Shown: positions 39,595-49,981 of the stretch, piece after piece
How the letters are laid out: each line of letters opens with the position of its first letter
Numbering within the stretch: position 1 is the stretch's first letter
Source: Actinomycetota bacterium
GTDB lineage: Bacteria; Actinomycetota; Acidimicrobiia; Acidimicrobiales; Ilumatobacteraceae
Direction of reading: 5' to 3'
Assembly (NCBI GenBank): GCA_027592925.1
Contig: JAQCJO010000002.1
Span: 5,617 to 69,616, forward strand
Length of the DNA stretch: 64,000 nt
Position numbers and translations under genes: made by a program
The notes under the pieces: model-generated
What the model was told of the DNA's origin: nothing
The model's database searches: none
What the model saw: the letters and a program-made list of their open reading frames with translations, nothing else

Positions 39595-39630
39595 GGTTAG
39601 ACGCTAATCGCTCTGGACGAAAGAGCATGA

Positions 39631-40380
39631 TCACTGTGCTCGCAGGTGCACCACATCACCGGTATCAATCTGATGAGTTCGCCCCGTGTCATCAACCACT
39701 TCAAGCCGACCGTCCATGAGCACGCTTGATGCACGACCAGTCACCACGTGGTTGGCCATCTCTACTCGAACTTCTTGGCCAAGCGTCATGAGATGCGCCA
39801 CATATCTCGCGTGCAGTTGCGCCGGATCAAGAGCCTCGAGAACATCGATGTGTCCCAGCATTGCTTGCAGCAAATCGGTAGGTGTGGTTTGCGCATTACG
39901 AGATGCAGTGTTCAGCGAAACCGCATCTGGTGGCGCCCACCCAACATTGACGCCAATACCAACGACAACAAAATCGGCTGCACCTTGCGCCAAGATTCCA
40001 GAAACTTTTTTGCCGTCGATCAATAGATCATTTGGCCATTTCATCTGTGGCTTCACAGCGACAAGTTGTTCGCTCGCAAGCGCAGCCGCCATTCCTACTA
40101 TCTGCGTAAATTGATGCGTCGGTCGTGTGATCGTTGAGTCAAAACGAAACAACAATGACACCAACAAATTTGATCCTGGCTCTGCAACCCACGTGCGGTC
40201 AAGTCTGCCCTTTCCTGCACTCTGAAATTTGGCCATCAAGATGCTGTGATGCAGCGCGCCATCGTGTGCGCTCGCCAGTAAATCTGCGTTGGTGCTTCCA
40301 GTTTCTGCAACAATCGAAACCCACCAACCATTGGGCCATGAGCCCGAGTTTTCGGGCTGGTTGGGAGAAAGAGTGTTCAT
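39631..40380 (-). CDS. birA: biotin--[acetyl-CoA-carboxylase] ligase (group I, no HTH domain)
   Basis: Contains ETGSTNADLL, GKGRLDRTW and a C-terminal SH3-like region. The start was trimmed to MNTLSP (ATG 40380), 19 nt from the divergent accA. Confidence 0.88.
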   Translation of the reverse strand: MNTLSPNQPENSGSWPNGWWVSIVAETGSTNADLLASAHDGALHHSILMAKFQSAGKGRLDRTWVAEPGSNLLVSLLFRFDSTITRPTHQFTQIVGMAAALASEQLVAVKPQMKWPNDLLIDGKKVSGILAQGAADFVVVGIGVNVGWAPPDAVSLNTASRNAQTTPTDLLQAMLGHIDVLEALDPAQLHARYVAHLMTLGQEVRVEMANHVVTGRASSVLMDGRLEVVDDTGRTHQIDTGDVVHLRAQ

Positions 40381-40399
40381 CAGGTAAAGATAATAAGCC

Positions 40400-42151
40400 G
40401 TGTTGAAAAAGATCCTGATAGCCAATCGAGGCGAAATCGCCGTTCGTGTCATCCGTACCGCCCGAGAAATGGGAATCGCGACGGTTGCCGTGTATTCCGA
40501 GCTCGATCGCAATGCCCTGCATGTGCGACTTGCCGATGAGGCATTTGCCCTCGGTGGCCAAACTGCTGCAGAGAGTTACCTCAACACTGAAGCCATCCTG
40601 GACGCGATTCGCAAAAGCGGCGCCGACGGCGTGCACCCCGGTTATGGATTCTTTAGCGAAAACGCAGACTTTGCTCAGGCCATTACCGACATGGGCGTGG
40701 CCTTTATCGGACCACCTCCTGCAGCAATTGTCGAAATGGGCGACAAAGTTTCGTCGCGCAAAGCCGCGCTCCGCGGCGGCGCACCAATCGTGCCTGGCAC
40801 CACAGAGTTCACCAAGAGCGCCAAAGAGATCACCGACTTTGGAAACGAGTTTGGTTGGCCAGTAGCAATCAAGGCTGCCTTCGGTGGCGGCGGACGCGGA
40901 ATGAAAGTTGTGCAGTCTGCTGACCAAGTGCAAGAGGCAATGGAGTCGGCGCAACGAGAATCAAAAGCATTCTTCGGTCGCGACGAAATCTATGTAGAGC
41001 GCTACCTCACATGGCCGCGTCACATTGAAGTACAACTCGTTGGCGACAAACATGGAAATGTTGTGTGGGTTTCTACTCGCGACTGCTCTGCGCAACGACG
41101 TCACCAAAAACTGATCGAAGAAGCCCCAGCGCCAGGTCTGCCAGACGGCATGGAAGAAGCAATGGGCGCAGCAGCTGTTAAAGCAGCCAAGGCTGTTGGT
41201 TATTACAACGCCGGCACCGTTGAGTTCATCTACCAAGACAACGACTTCTTCTTCCTCGAAATGAACACTCGTTTGCAAGTTGAGCACCCAGTCACTGAAG
41301 TGATCACAGGCATCGACTTGGTTGAGTGGCAAATACTTGTTGCATCTGGCGAAAAATTGCCGATGACTCAAAAACAAGTTGCTGCTCGCCGCAATGGTCA
41401 CGGCATCGAAGTGCGCATCAATGCCGAAAACCCAACCGCCGGAAAATTCTTGCCTTCACCTGGCACAATCACCACTCTCACCACACCAGATGGTTTCGGT
41501 ACTCGCTTCGATGGTGGTTACGAAGCCGGCGACACCGTCAGCCAGTACTACGACAATCTCGTTGGCAAGTTGATCGTGTGGGGCAAAGATCGCGACACCG
41601 CAATCGCTCGTACCATTCGCGCACTCGAAGAAATGGTAATTGTTGGTGTACACACCACCATTCCTGCCGACTTAGCAATTTTGCGCCACCCAGATTTCTC
41701 GGCGATTACACACTCCACAAAGTGGGTTGAAGAGACGCTCGATTTATCCCAACTTGTTTCGCATGCGGGCGCAGCGCCAGCCGCTGACGATCAAGACTTG
41801 GTCGAGCGCTCGACCACTGTCGAAGTTAACGGCAAGCGATTTGACGTCAAGATGTGGGTGCCCGAATTTGCAGTCAGTACTGCCAAAAAGTCAAAGAAGC
41901 CAACACGCGGCTCAGGTGGTGCCGGTGGTGGTGCAGCAAGCGGTGCTGTAACTGCCCCGATGCAGGGAACCATCGTCAAAGTGATGGTTGAGGTCGGTCA
42001 AACAATTGCCGTTGGCGATGGAGTTGTGGTGCTTGAGGCCATGAAAATGGAAAACCAAATCACCGCCGAAAAGGCAGGAAAAGTCACCAAAGTCAATGTG
42101 TCTGCAGGCGACAAAGTTGGCTCTGGCGACGTGCTCGCTGTTATCGAATAG
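40400..42151 (+). CDS. accA: acetyl/propionyl-CoA carboxylase alpha subunit (biotin carboxylase + BCCP)
   Basis: ILIANRGEIAVRVIRTA, an ATP-grasp region, and the C-terminal biotinyl motif EAMKMEN. Confidence 0.93.
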   Translation: MLKKILIANRGEIAVRVIRTAREMGIATVAVYSELDRNALHVRLADEAFALGGQTAAESYLNTEAILDAIRKSGADGVHPGYGFFSENADFAQAITDMGVAFIGPPPAAIVEMGDKVSSRKAALRGGAPIVPGTTEFTKSAKEITDFGNEFGWPVAIKAAFGGGGRGMKVVQSADQVQEAMESAQRESKAFFGRDEIYVERYLTWPRHIEVQLVGDKHGNVVWVSTRDCSAQRRHQKLIEEAPAPGLPDGMEEAMGAAAVKAAKAVGYYNAGTVEFIYQDNDFFFLEMNTRLQVEHPVTEVITGIDLVEWQILVASGEKLPMTQKQVAARRNGHGIEVRINAENPTAGKFLPSPGTITTLTTPDGFGTRFDGGYEAGDTVSQYYDNLVGKLIVWGKDRDTAIARTIRALEEMVIVGVHTTIPADLAILRHPDFSAITHSTKWVEETLDLSQLVSHAGAAPAADDQDLVERSTTVEVNGKRFDVKMWVPEFAVSTAKKSKKPTRGSGGAGGGAASGAVTAPMQGTIVKVMVEVGQTIAVGDGVVVLEAMKMENQITAEKAGKVTKVNVSAGDKVGSGDVLAVIE

Positions 42152-42183
42152 CGAAACTAGTAACAACGCCTCTAGCCCGCGCG

Positions 42184-42200
42184 ACTAGTTTGTGAGCGTG
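42184..42200 (+). promoter_or_regulatory. second copy of the ACTAGTTTGT-RR-GCGT element (putative -10 TAGTTT) at the lysS start
   Basis: actagtttgtgagcgtg. If TAGTTT (42186-42191) is the -10, transcription would start about 42198, making GTG 42198 a leaderless start. Confidence 0.35.
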
Positions 42201-43733
42201 ACATCTCGCCCCGAATCAGCCGAAAACGGCGACAATCTCGACCCAATCCAAACCTCGAGCGGCCTTGCCGCCGAGATGGCTCGCCGACTTGACAACATCA
42301 CTGCACTTCGCGCGCAGGGCACCAATCCGTATCCGTATCGGTTTGATCGCACTCACACCCTTGGCGAAATTCGCGCCGCGCACGGTGCTCTTGAAGCAGG
42401 CAATGAAACCACCGAGCACGTCACCATCGCAGGGCGCATCATGCTCAAGCGCGATCAGGGCAAACTTATTTTTTGCACACTCCGCGATCGCACCGGCGAC
42501 ATTCAGTTGTTTGTGTCCAAAGCAATTGTTGGCGACGACGCATTTGATGCCATTAACAATTTTGACTTAGGCGACTGGGTTGGTGTGAGCGGTTTGGTGA
42601 TGACAACACGCAAAGGTGAGTTGTCGGTCAAAGTCGACAAAGCTGCACTACTCGCAAAGGCCGTGCGCCCAATGCCCGACAAATGGCACGGCCTCACCGA
42701 TGTCGATACTCGTTATCGCCAACGCTATGCAGACCTCATCATCAACGAAGAGGCGCGTCGCACTTTCGAAATCCGTCACGCAACAATTGCCAGTTTCAGA
42801 AAGACATTGTACGACAATCAATTCATCGAAGTAGAGACACCGGTGTTGCACATGGAAGCTGGCGGCGCCCACGCTCGCCCGTTTGTCACCCACCACAACA
42901 CTCTCGACATGCAATTGTTTTTGCGCATCGCTCTCGAGTTGCACCTCAAGCGCTTGATCGTTGGTGGCATGGAACGCGTGTTCGAGATTGGTCGCGTATT
43001 TCGCAACGAAGGCATCTCTACGCGCCACAACCCAGAGTTCACAATGATGGAGAGTTACCAGGCATTTGGCGACTACAACGAAGTGATGGCTCTCACCGAA
43101 CAGCTCATCACCAACGCTGCACGTGAAGCCACTGGTAGTTCAGTAGTCATCATCAATGGACACGAGTTTGATCTTGCTCGACCATGGCGCAAGGTGCGCA
43201 TGATTGACTTGGCTGGCGAAAAAGTTGGCGAAACATTGCACCCGTCCATGGACGTCGATGCTGTCCGCAAGATCGCAGCCAAGCACAACATCAAAACTGA
43301 CAGCCACTGGGGTTCGGGTCGCATCATCGAAGAAATATTTGCCGAACTCGCAGAAGGTGAACTGCAAGAACCAACATTTGTGACAGGTCACCCTGTCGAG
43401 ATCTCGCCACTTGCACGAGCCGACCGCAACGACCCGCATCTCACCGAGCGTTTCGAATTGTTTATTGGAGCCCGCGAACTTGCCAATGGTTATAGCGAAT
43501 TAAATGACCCTGTAGAACAACGTTCGCGCTTTGAAGATGAGCAAAAGGCAAAGGTCGCTGGCGACAATGAAACCGGCAGCATGGACGAAGATTATTTGCG
43601 CGCACTCGAGTACGGAATGCCACCAACAGCGGGCCTTGGCATCGGCATCGACCGCCTTGTCATGTTGTTGGCCGCTGCTGGTTCAATTAAAGACGTGATC
43701 CTGTTTCCAACACTTCGCCCAGAGGCCAAGTAG
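42192..43733 (+). CDS. lysS: lysine--tRNA ligase (class II)
   Basis: Contains FRNEGISTRHNPEFTMME and GLGIGIDRLVM, plus an OB-fold N-domain. The start is GTG 42192 or GTG 42198. Confidence 0.95.
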   Translation: MSVTSRPESAENGDNLDPIQTSSGLAAEMARRLDNITALRAQGTNPYPYRFDRTHTLGEIRAAHGALEAGNETTEHVTIAGRIMLKRDQGKLIFCTLRDRTGDIQLFVSKAIVGDDAFDAINNFDLGDWVGVSGLVMTTRKGELSVKVDKAALLAKAVRPMPDKWHGLTDVDTRYRQRYADLIINEEARRTFEIRHATIASFRKTLYDNQFIEVETPVLHMEAGGAHARPFVTHHNTLDMQLFLRIALELHLKRLIVGGMERVFEIGRVFRNEGISTRHNPEFTMMESYQAFGDYNEVMALTEQLITNAAREATGSSVVIINGHEFDLARPWRKVRMIDLAGEKVGETLHPSMDVDAVRKIAAKHNIKTDSHWGSGRIIEEIFAELAEGELQEPTFVTGHPVEISPLARADRNDPHLTERFELFIGARELANGYSELNDPVEQRSRFEDEQKAKVAGDNETGSMDEDYLRALEYGMPPTAGLGIGIDRLVMLLAAAGSIKDVILFPTLRPEAK

Positions 43734-43735
43734 TC

Positions 43736-44671
43736 GTGGCCGCTGCATCAGCTAACTCAAAACAAGCTTGGGGCGTTGGCCTTGCAACGATTGCCGCAGA
43801 CGGCACCACGCTCGATACCTTCTTTCGTCACCTCGGTCTTGGAAATGCCGTGCCTGCAGGAACGCCAACCGAAACTCAGTCAACGACTGACGAGCGCCGC
43901 GCAGTCGCAATCGTGCCCGCTTCTCTCGTCATCGACACCCAGGCCGCGCCAACAAGCGCAACCGATGTCTACCTGCGCTTGCATCTGCTCTCGCATTGCA
44001 TGGTCGAGCCTCGCACGATCAATCTCGATGGAGCATTTGGCTTGCTCACCAACGTTGCATGGACATCAATTGGCCCTGTCGCTCTCGACACGCTCGAAGA
44101 CGTTCGCTACAACCTGTTGCGCCAAGGCCAGCACCTTGTCGTGCATGGTGTCGACAAGTTTCCGCGCATGACCGACTATGTGGTTCCATCTGGAGTGCGC
44201 ATTGCCGACGCCAGCCGTGTGCGCCTCGGTGCACACTTAGCAAGTGGCACAACAGTCATGCACGAAGGTTTTTGCAACTTCAACGCCGGCACACTCGGCG
44301 CATCGATGGTCGAAGGGCGCATTTCTGCAGGAGTTGTTGTCGGCGACGGATCCGACATCGGTGGTGGCGCATCCATCATGGGCACGCTCTCTGGTGGCGG
44401 CAAAGAAATGGTGACCGTTGGCAAAAAGTGTTTGCTCGGCGCAAATAGTGGACTTGGTATTTCTCTTGGCGACGAATGCATTATCGAAGCCGGTCTCTAC
44501 ATCACCGCTGGGACACAAGTGAAGTTGCCAGATGACACTGTGGTGAAAGCACGTGAACTTTCCGGAGCGAGCGGCCTACTGTTTCGCCGCAATAGCCAAA
44601 GTGGTGCAGTCGAAGCTATGCAACGCACTGGCAACTGGGGCGGACTCAATGCTGCCCTACACAAAAACTAA
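43736..44671 (+). CDS. dapD: 2,3,4,5-tetrahydropyridine-2,6-dicarboxylate N-succinyltransferase (actinobacterial type)
   Basis: Left-handed beta-helix hexapeptide repeats (GAHLASGTTVMHEGFCNFNAGTLG...). Size and layout resemble the mycobacterial DapD. Confidence 0.85.
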   Translation: MAAASANSKQAWGVGLATIAADGTTLDTFFRHLGLGNAVPAGTPTETQSTTDERRAVAIVPASLVIDTQAAPTSATDVYLRLHLLSHCMVEPRTINLDGAFGLLTNVAWTSIGPVALDTLEDVRYNLLRQGQHLVVHGVDKFPRMTDYVVPSGVRIADASRVRLGAHLASGTTVMHEGFCNFNAGTLGASMVEGRISAGVVVGDGSDIGGGASIMGTLSGGGKEMVTVGKKCLLGANSGLGISLGDECIIEAGLYITAGTQVKLPDDTVVKARELSGASGLLFRRNSQSGAVEAMQRTGNWGGLNAALHKN

Positions 44672-44674
44672 GCC

Positions 44675-45229
44675 ATGAAGTTTGATGATTTCGCGCAGCT
44701 TGTGCGCACCCGACGCTCGCAATTGATTGTCGATCAAGAGCGCGATGTCGAGATTGATCTCATCAATCAATTGTGCTCAGTCGCGACATGGGCTCCCAAT
44801 CATCAGCAGACATGGCCATGGGTGTTTGGCGTGTTTACTGGCGAGTCGCGTCGTGGGCTCAGCAACGCAACGGCAGACGCGATGCAGCGCAATGGTGACT
44901 CAGAAATGAAAGTGACAAAAACACGCACTAAATATTTGCGCGCGCCAGTCGTCGTGGTCGTCGGTTCTGCTCCAGGCGAATCAGCACTTCAGAATGAGGA
45001 AAACCGTGACGCGGTTGCTGCAGGTGTTCAAAACATGTTGCTTGGTGCGACTGCGCTTGGACTTGCAAGCTTTTGGTCGAGTTGCCCAAAGGGTTGCAAC
45101 GACGACGTCGCACGACACTGCGGGTTTGCTTCAGGCACGCATGTCACCGCAATGATCTACATCGGTTGGCCCACAAAAGATTTGCCAGCCATCGAGCGCC
45201 CAGCGCCCGCAATCACCTACTTCACCTAG
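44675..45229 (+). CDS. nitroreductase family protein
   Basis: N-terminal VRTRRSQ and ...APNHQQTWPW, matching the nitroreductase fold pattern. Confidence 0.78.
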   Translation: MKFDDFAQLVRTRRSQLIVDQERDVEIDLINQLCSVATWAPNHQQTWPWVFGVFTGESRRGLSNATADAMQRNGDSEMKVTKTRTKYLRAPVVVVVGSAPGESALQNEENRDAVAAGVQNMLLGATALGLASFWSSCPKGCNDDVARHCGFASGTHVTAMIYIGWPTKDLPAIERPAPAITYFT

Positions 45230-45345
45230 ACAACGCACACCAGGGTGACCGAGCCAACAGGGTGTGGCCCGATCACCCAAGAATGCACGATTTAGTTGGG
45301 TACCGATTTATCAAATAGTCTCTATTTATGAAACAGCCCCTTGAG

Positions 45346-45359
45346 TATAACTAGTTATA
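45346..45359. promoter_or_regulatory. perfect 14-bp palindrome TATAACTAGTTATA, putative operator of the adjacent tandem TetR
   Basis: The sequence is its own reverse complement. It lies between a TTGAGT (-35-like, 45341-46) and a TATTGT (-10-like, 45365-70), 18 nt before ATG 45377. Confidence 0.45.
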
Positions 45360-45376
45360 GGAAGTATTGTCAAGCC

Positions 45377-46597
45377 ATGAAGCCACGCCACGCAACCAGA
45401 ACTGAATCTCGGTCAGACCCAGTCGCACGACGTGCACCCGCAAAGCGAACTACTGCCAATACCGCTGCCATCCTCAAGGCACTCACCCAAGAGGCAACGG
45501 CAGTTGGGCTCGACGACATTGCAGCAAGTTCAATCGCCAAACGCGCAGGTCTCACGACCGGCGCAATTTATAATCGTTTTGAAAACAACGACGAGATGCT
45601 CGTGGCTTTGTGGGAGCAAGTCGTTGCCCAAAAGTTTGGTGACCATATCCGCCAAACAATTCATTACCTCACTGCACAGGAAAAAATTAGTCTCGATCCA
45701 GATCTCATCGCACGACTCGAGCGACCATCGGCCACTCTTGCTCTAGCAGCAGAGTTTGTTGTTGTCGCTCAACGCAACGAGGTGGTGGGTGAAGTCGTGA
45801 TTCCTCAGATCGCCCAGTGGCTCTCCGACGCAGGACTCCGCAAAAACAGCTCACCAATTGAGTGCGCCGGCATCGCTCTTGGAGCCAGCATGGTCCTTGG
45901 ATCAATATTGCGTTCATTCATCACAACAACGAATCCCAATCTTGGTCTTGTGCTGCGTGGTTTGCGTCAGGCTTATCTGACAGCACAGCCAACAACAACA
46001 GCACCTCCGGTACCAAAGCCTCGACCAGTTGAAGCCAACACAGGCAACGCAGTGCGCGACGCGTTAATCAACGCAACAGCCGAAGTGATGGCAAAAACTG
46101 GGTTTACTAGTGCCACCATTTCGCGAATTGCTCGCAAATCCAAACTGACAAGTGGCACGATCTACAACGTCTATGACGACAAAGAAAAACTCATGAACGA
46201 TGCAGTTGTCGAGCTGCTCAAGGCAACGCAATATCAAAACCTTCTTGCAAAACAAGATGCGGCCCAGGGACACCGGCCCAACTTTGGCCTCACCGATAGT
46301 TTTCAGTTTGGTCTGATTCCGGAACGACGAACATGGTTGCAATTTCGTCAAGAATGCATCATTGCCACTCGACACCATCGCAGTACACACCGCCAGATGC
46401 GCAAAGTAGTGAACGATCTAGACCAACAGATGATCGCAGCATTTCCAGAAATTCATCCCGACGTCATCACATTGCTGAGCGCTGGCGAACAGGCCATCGG
46501 CTACGGCTTTAGCGCAATCTTTGCCTATACCGATCAGCTCCCACGCTGCGATTTCAATGCAATCATGGTGCAGGTCACAAAACAAAATATCAGCTAG
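45377..46597 (+). CDS. tandem-domain TetR-family transcriptional regulator (Mce3R-like, two HTH modules in one chain)
   Basis: Two TetR_N HTH regions: IAKRAGLTTGAIYNRFENNDEM and ISRIARKSKLTSGTIYNVYDDKEKL. I chose the start at ATG 45377 (MKPRHATR). Confidence 0.85.
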   Translation: MKPRHATRTESRSDPVARRAPAKRTTANTAAILKALTQEATAVGLDDIAASSIAKRAGLTTGAIYNRFENNDEMLVALWEQVVAQKFGDHIRQTIHYLTAQEKISLDPDLIARLERPSATLALAAEFVVVAQRNEVVGEVVIPQIAQWLSDAGLRKNSSPIECAGIALGASMVLGSILRSFITTTNPNLGLVLRGLRQAYLTAQPTTTAPPVPKPRPVEANTGNAVRDALINATAEVMAKTGFTSATISRIARKSKLTSGTIYNVYDDKEKLMNDAVVELLKATQYQNLLAKQDAAQGHRPNFGLTDSFQFGLIPERRTWLQFRQECIIATRHHRSTHRQMRKVVNDLDQQMIAAFPEIHPDVITLLSAGEQAIGYGFSAIFAYTDQLPRCDFNAIMVQVTKQNIS

Positions 46598-46607
46598 GTA
46601 TTGCGGC

Positions 46608-48188
46608 TCAACTTGGCCGATAGACCCCAAAAACATCTCGCAGCGCATCGCTGACTTCTCCCAGAGTTGCATTAGCCCGCAGGGCTGCTTTCATTGGGAT
46701 CAACACGTTGTCCGTTGACTTTGCCGCAGCGCGCAAGTCATCCAAACACGCCGCAACAACAGCCATGTCTCGACCCGACTTGTACTCTGTCAACCTTGCG
46801 ACCTGCTCTTTTTCGAGCATCGGGTTTGCAGGAGTGATCTTTGGTGCTGGCTCATTGTCGACAGTGAATTTGTTGACTCCAACCAACACGCGTGACTTGT
46901 CATCAATTGATTTGGTGTACGAATATGCGGCATCTTCAATCTCGTCCATCTGGAAGCCGGCCTCAATCGCTTGCACTGCCCCACCCATTTCGTCAATGCG
47001 AGCGATGTACTCGTAGGCAAGTCGCTCAACCTCATTAGTCAGCGACTCAACGAAGTACGAGCCGGCCAATGGGTCTGGAGTATCGGTGACACCGCTCTCG
47101 AACCCGATGATCTGTTGAGTGCGCAAAGCAATTCGTGCAGCATCTTCTGTTGGCAAACTTAGGGCCTCATCAAATCCGTTCGTGTGCAAACTCTGTGTAC
47201 CACCCAGCACTGCTGCCATGCTCTGTATCGCCACACGCACAACGTTGTTCAGCGGTTGCTGAGCGGTCAGCGTCGAGCCGCCTGTTTGGGTGTGAAAGCG
47301 CATCAACTTGCTTGCTTCTTTTTTGGCACCAAAGCGCTTCGTCATGATGTCGTGCCACATACGTCGACTTGCACGAAACTTGGCGACCTCTTCAAAGAAG
47401 TTGTTGTGACCATTCCAGAAGAAACTGAGGCGTGGGCCAATGTCATCCACATCGAGACCGGCATCGACCGCGGCTTGCACGTAGGCAATTGCATTACTGA
47501 GAGTAAATGCAAGTTCTTGCACTGCTGTCGAGCCAGCTTCGCGAATGTGATAACCAGAAATTGAAATGGTGTTCCACTTGGGCACGTTGGCTGCGCAATA
47601 TTCGAAAATGTTTGTGATCAAGCGCATCGATTGCGCTGGTGGATAAATATACGTTCCACGCGCGATGTATTCCTTTAAGAGATCGTTCTGAATTGTGCCG
47701 CTAATGGCGGTTGCTGGCACGCCACGTTCTTCGGCAACAAGTTCGTACATCAACAACAAAATTGATGCAGTCGAGTTTATGGTCATTGACGTCGTGACTT
47801 TGTCGAGCGGCAAATCTGCAAGCAATGTGCGCATGTCGTCGAGCGAGTCAATGGCCACACCAACCTTGCCCACTTCACCAGCCGAACGCGGATGATCGCT
47901 GTCGTAACCCATCTGCGTCGGCAAATCGAATGCACAGCTCAATCCGGTTTGACCAGCCTCAAGCAAAAACTTAAATCGTTGATTGGTATCGGCAGCACTT
48001 CCGAAGCCGGCGTATTGGCGCATCGTCCACAACCGGTCACGATGCATGGTTGGGTAAATACCTCGGGTGTAAGGAGGCTCTCCCGGATTGCCTATTTTGG
48101 CCGTCGAGCCAGCAATCGGCTCGGCCGTATAGAGCGGCTCGACAACGATTCCTGAGTCGGTCTGGCGAGGGGTTTGAGATTCGGTCAC
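46608..48188 (-). CDS. methylmalonyl-CoA/acyl-CoA mutase large (catalytic TIM-barrel) subunit, no B12-binding domain
   Basis: Contains [42 protein letters not shown] and TNGFDEAL. The protein ends at 526 aa without a DxHxxG cobalamin domain. Confidence 0.9.
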   Translation of the reverse strand: MTESQTPRQTDSGIVVEPLYTAEPIAGSTAKIGNPGEPPYTRGIYPTMHRDRLWTMRQYAGFGSAADTNQRFKFLLEAGQTGLSCAFDLPTQMGYDSDHPRSAGEVGKVGVAIDSLDDMRTLLADLPLDKVTTSMTINSTASILLLMYELVAEERGVPATAISGTIQNDLLKEYIARGTYIYPPAQSMRLITNIFEYCAANVPKWNTISISGYHIREAGSTAVQELAFTLSNAIAYVQAAVDAGLDVDDIGPRLSFFWNGHNNFFEEVAKFRASRRMWHDIMTKRFGAKKEASKLMRFHTQTGGSTLTAQQPLNNVVRVAIQSMAAVLGGTQSLHTNGFDEALSLPTEDAARIALRTQQIIGFESGVTDTPDPLAGSYFVESLTNEVERLAYEYIARIDEMGGAVQAIEAGFQMDEIEDAAYSYTKSIDDKSRVLVGVNKFTVDNEPAPKITPANPMLEKEQVARLTEYKSGRDMAVVAACLDDLRAAAKSTDNVLIPMKAALRANATLGEVSDALRDVFGVYRPS

Positions 48189-48272
48189 TATTACAGGCTA
48201 CGAGATTGACTGTGCAGGACAAAGATTCGTGCGACAAATACGGCAGTTCCTACTCTTGGCTAGCCTTGGCTC

Positions 48273-49085
48273 ATGGCAATCACCGAAAGCACAAAGAAGA
48301 TTGACGGTCGTGAACTTGTTCCCCAGACGCTTGCATCACTTGGACGCCCTACCTATGACAACGTCGAAGACGAACGTCGCGCTCGCAAGATTGGCTTAGC
48401 GGCATCTCTTCGCGTGTTTGGTCGTCTCGGCTATGGCGAGGGCGTTGCAGGACACATCACCGCACGCGACCCAGAATTCACCGATCACTTTTGGGTCAAC
48501 CCGTTTGGCAAAAGTTTTCGTCACATGAAGACAAGTGATTTGCTCTTGGTCAATCACGATGGCGATGTTGTGTACGGCAACCAACCCGTCAACAAAGCAG
48601 CTTTTGTGTTGCACGCAGCAATTCACAAGGCTCGCCCCGAAGTCATTGGTGCTGCACATGCTCACTCCACGTATGGCAAGGCTTGGTCGTCCCTTGGTCG
48701 CAAGCTTGATCCAATCACGCAAGACTCGTGCATTTTTTACGAAGACCACACCGTGATCTCTGAGCAAGGCGGTGCAGTTGTCTTCGAAGCCACTGCAGCC
48801 GAAGAAATCATCTCCAAGTTTCCAACCGGCAAGGCTGCGATTCACCAGAACCACGGCTTGTTCACTGTCGGCACCACTGTTGAAGCCGCTGCGTTTTGGT
48901 TCATCACCATGGACCGCAGTTGTCAAGCACAGTTGCTTGCCGAGGCAGCAGGCACACCAAAATTAATCCCCCACGACATGGCTATGTACACACAGCAGCT
49001 GACGGGATATGCCGATGCTGGTTGGTTCCAGTTTCAGCCGTTGTTTCAAGAAATTTGCGCGTCAGATCCCGAACTGTTCGAGTGA
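48273..49085 (+). CDS. class II aldolase/adducin family protein
   Basis: Contains GHITARDP...LLVNHDG...AAHAHSTYGKAW, the metal-binding His pattern. Confidence 0.83.
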   Translation: MAITESTKKIDGRELVPQTLASLGRPTYDNVEDERRARKIGLAASLRVFGRLGYGEGVAGHITARDPEFTDHFWVNPFGKSFRHMKTSDLLLVNHDGDVVYGNQPVNKAAFVLHAAIHKARPEVIGAAHAHSTYGKAWSSLGRKLDPITQDSCIFYEDHTVISEQGGAVVFEATAAEEIISKFPTGKAAIHQNHGLFTVGTTVEAAAFWFITMDRSCQAQLLAEAAGTPKLIPHDMAMYTQQLTGYADAGWFQFQPLFQEICASDPELFE

Positions 49086-49981
49086 GCAAACCAGAACCTC
49101 GTTCGGCCTCAGCATCAGCGCGCTTTGGTGCGTTGCCACCCGAATTATTTTTCATCTGCTCGGCAACCGCCCAATACATTGGCGCAGTCATTGCATTCAA
49201 CTTATTTGACCGACTCGCACCAGCAAGCGTGGCGTGGCTTCGCGTTATTGGTGCAGCATTAATTCTGCTGGTCTTTTCGGCACGCCGACTACGCACGCAA
49301 GGCGCCTGGACAAAAGACGAATTTATCTCTGCAGCAAGTTTTGGAATTGCCGTTGCCTTCATGAACCTCACGTTTTATTTAGCAATTGATCGACTCGACC
49401 TCGGCAAAGGCGTAGCAATCGAATTCATTGGCCCCATCCTCGTGGCTGCTTGGCAGACGAAATCTCGACGCAACGCTGGCGCACTCGGACTCGCAACACT
49501 TGGCGTTGTGATTCTGTCGGGATTTGAACTTGGCAATGAGCCGCTTGGTCTGCTGTTTATCTTTTTAGCTTCGGCATGTTGGGCTGCATACATAGTGGTT
49601 GGGTCACGCGTTGCCCAACTCAATAGAGGCGTCTCAGGGCTTGGCGTAGGTCTCGCAATTGGTGCAGTTGCTATTGCTCCGTTTGGTGCACCACAGAGTG
49701 GCCCTGCATGGGGTTCTCCCTCAATCTTGGTCTTATGCCTACTAGTCGGATTGTTCTCCAATGCTCTCGGGTACGGAATTGAGCAATCAATCATGCGCAA
49801 AATTCCGGTGCGCAGATTTTCTGTGCTGCTCGCACTACTGCCGGTGACTGCTGTTGTTTTTGGATTTTTATTTCTCAATCAGACTCCAACTTTTATTGAC
49901 ATGATCGGAATTGCATTGGTGCTGTTGGGCGTGGTTGTGCAACAGCGCGACACTCTGACCAGTACAAGCGAATCTGTCTAA
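49082..49981 (+). CDS. EamA/DMT-family transporter
   Basis: About ten hydrophobic helices in two EamA repeats. The GTG start overlaps the upstream stop (GTGA). Confidence 0.83.
   Translation: MSKPEPRSASASARFGALPPELFFICSATAQYIGAVIAFNLFDRLAPASVAWLRVIGAALILLVFSARRLRTQGAWTKDEFISAASFGIAVAFMNLTFYLAIDRLDLGKGVAIEFIGPILVAAWQTKSRRNAGALGLATLGVVILSGFELGNEPLGLLFIFLASACWAAYIVVGSRVAQLNRGVSGLGVGLAIGAVAIAPFGAPQSGPAWGSPSILVLCLLVGLFSNALGYGIEQSIMRKIPVRRFSVLLALLPVTAVVFGFLFLNQTPTFIDMIGIALVLLGVVVQQRDTLTSTSESV

Noticed and set aside
45236-45275. Imperfect inverted repeats (CACACC...GGTGTG, GGGTGA...TCACCC) and a direct CAGGGTG repeat after the nitroreductase gene: a possible terminator or riboswitch.
   Set aside because: The stems are short (6 bp) with 17-25 nt loops and no U-tract. 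This is not convincing as an intrinsic terminator or a known RNA motif.
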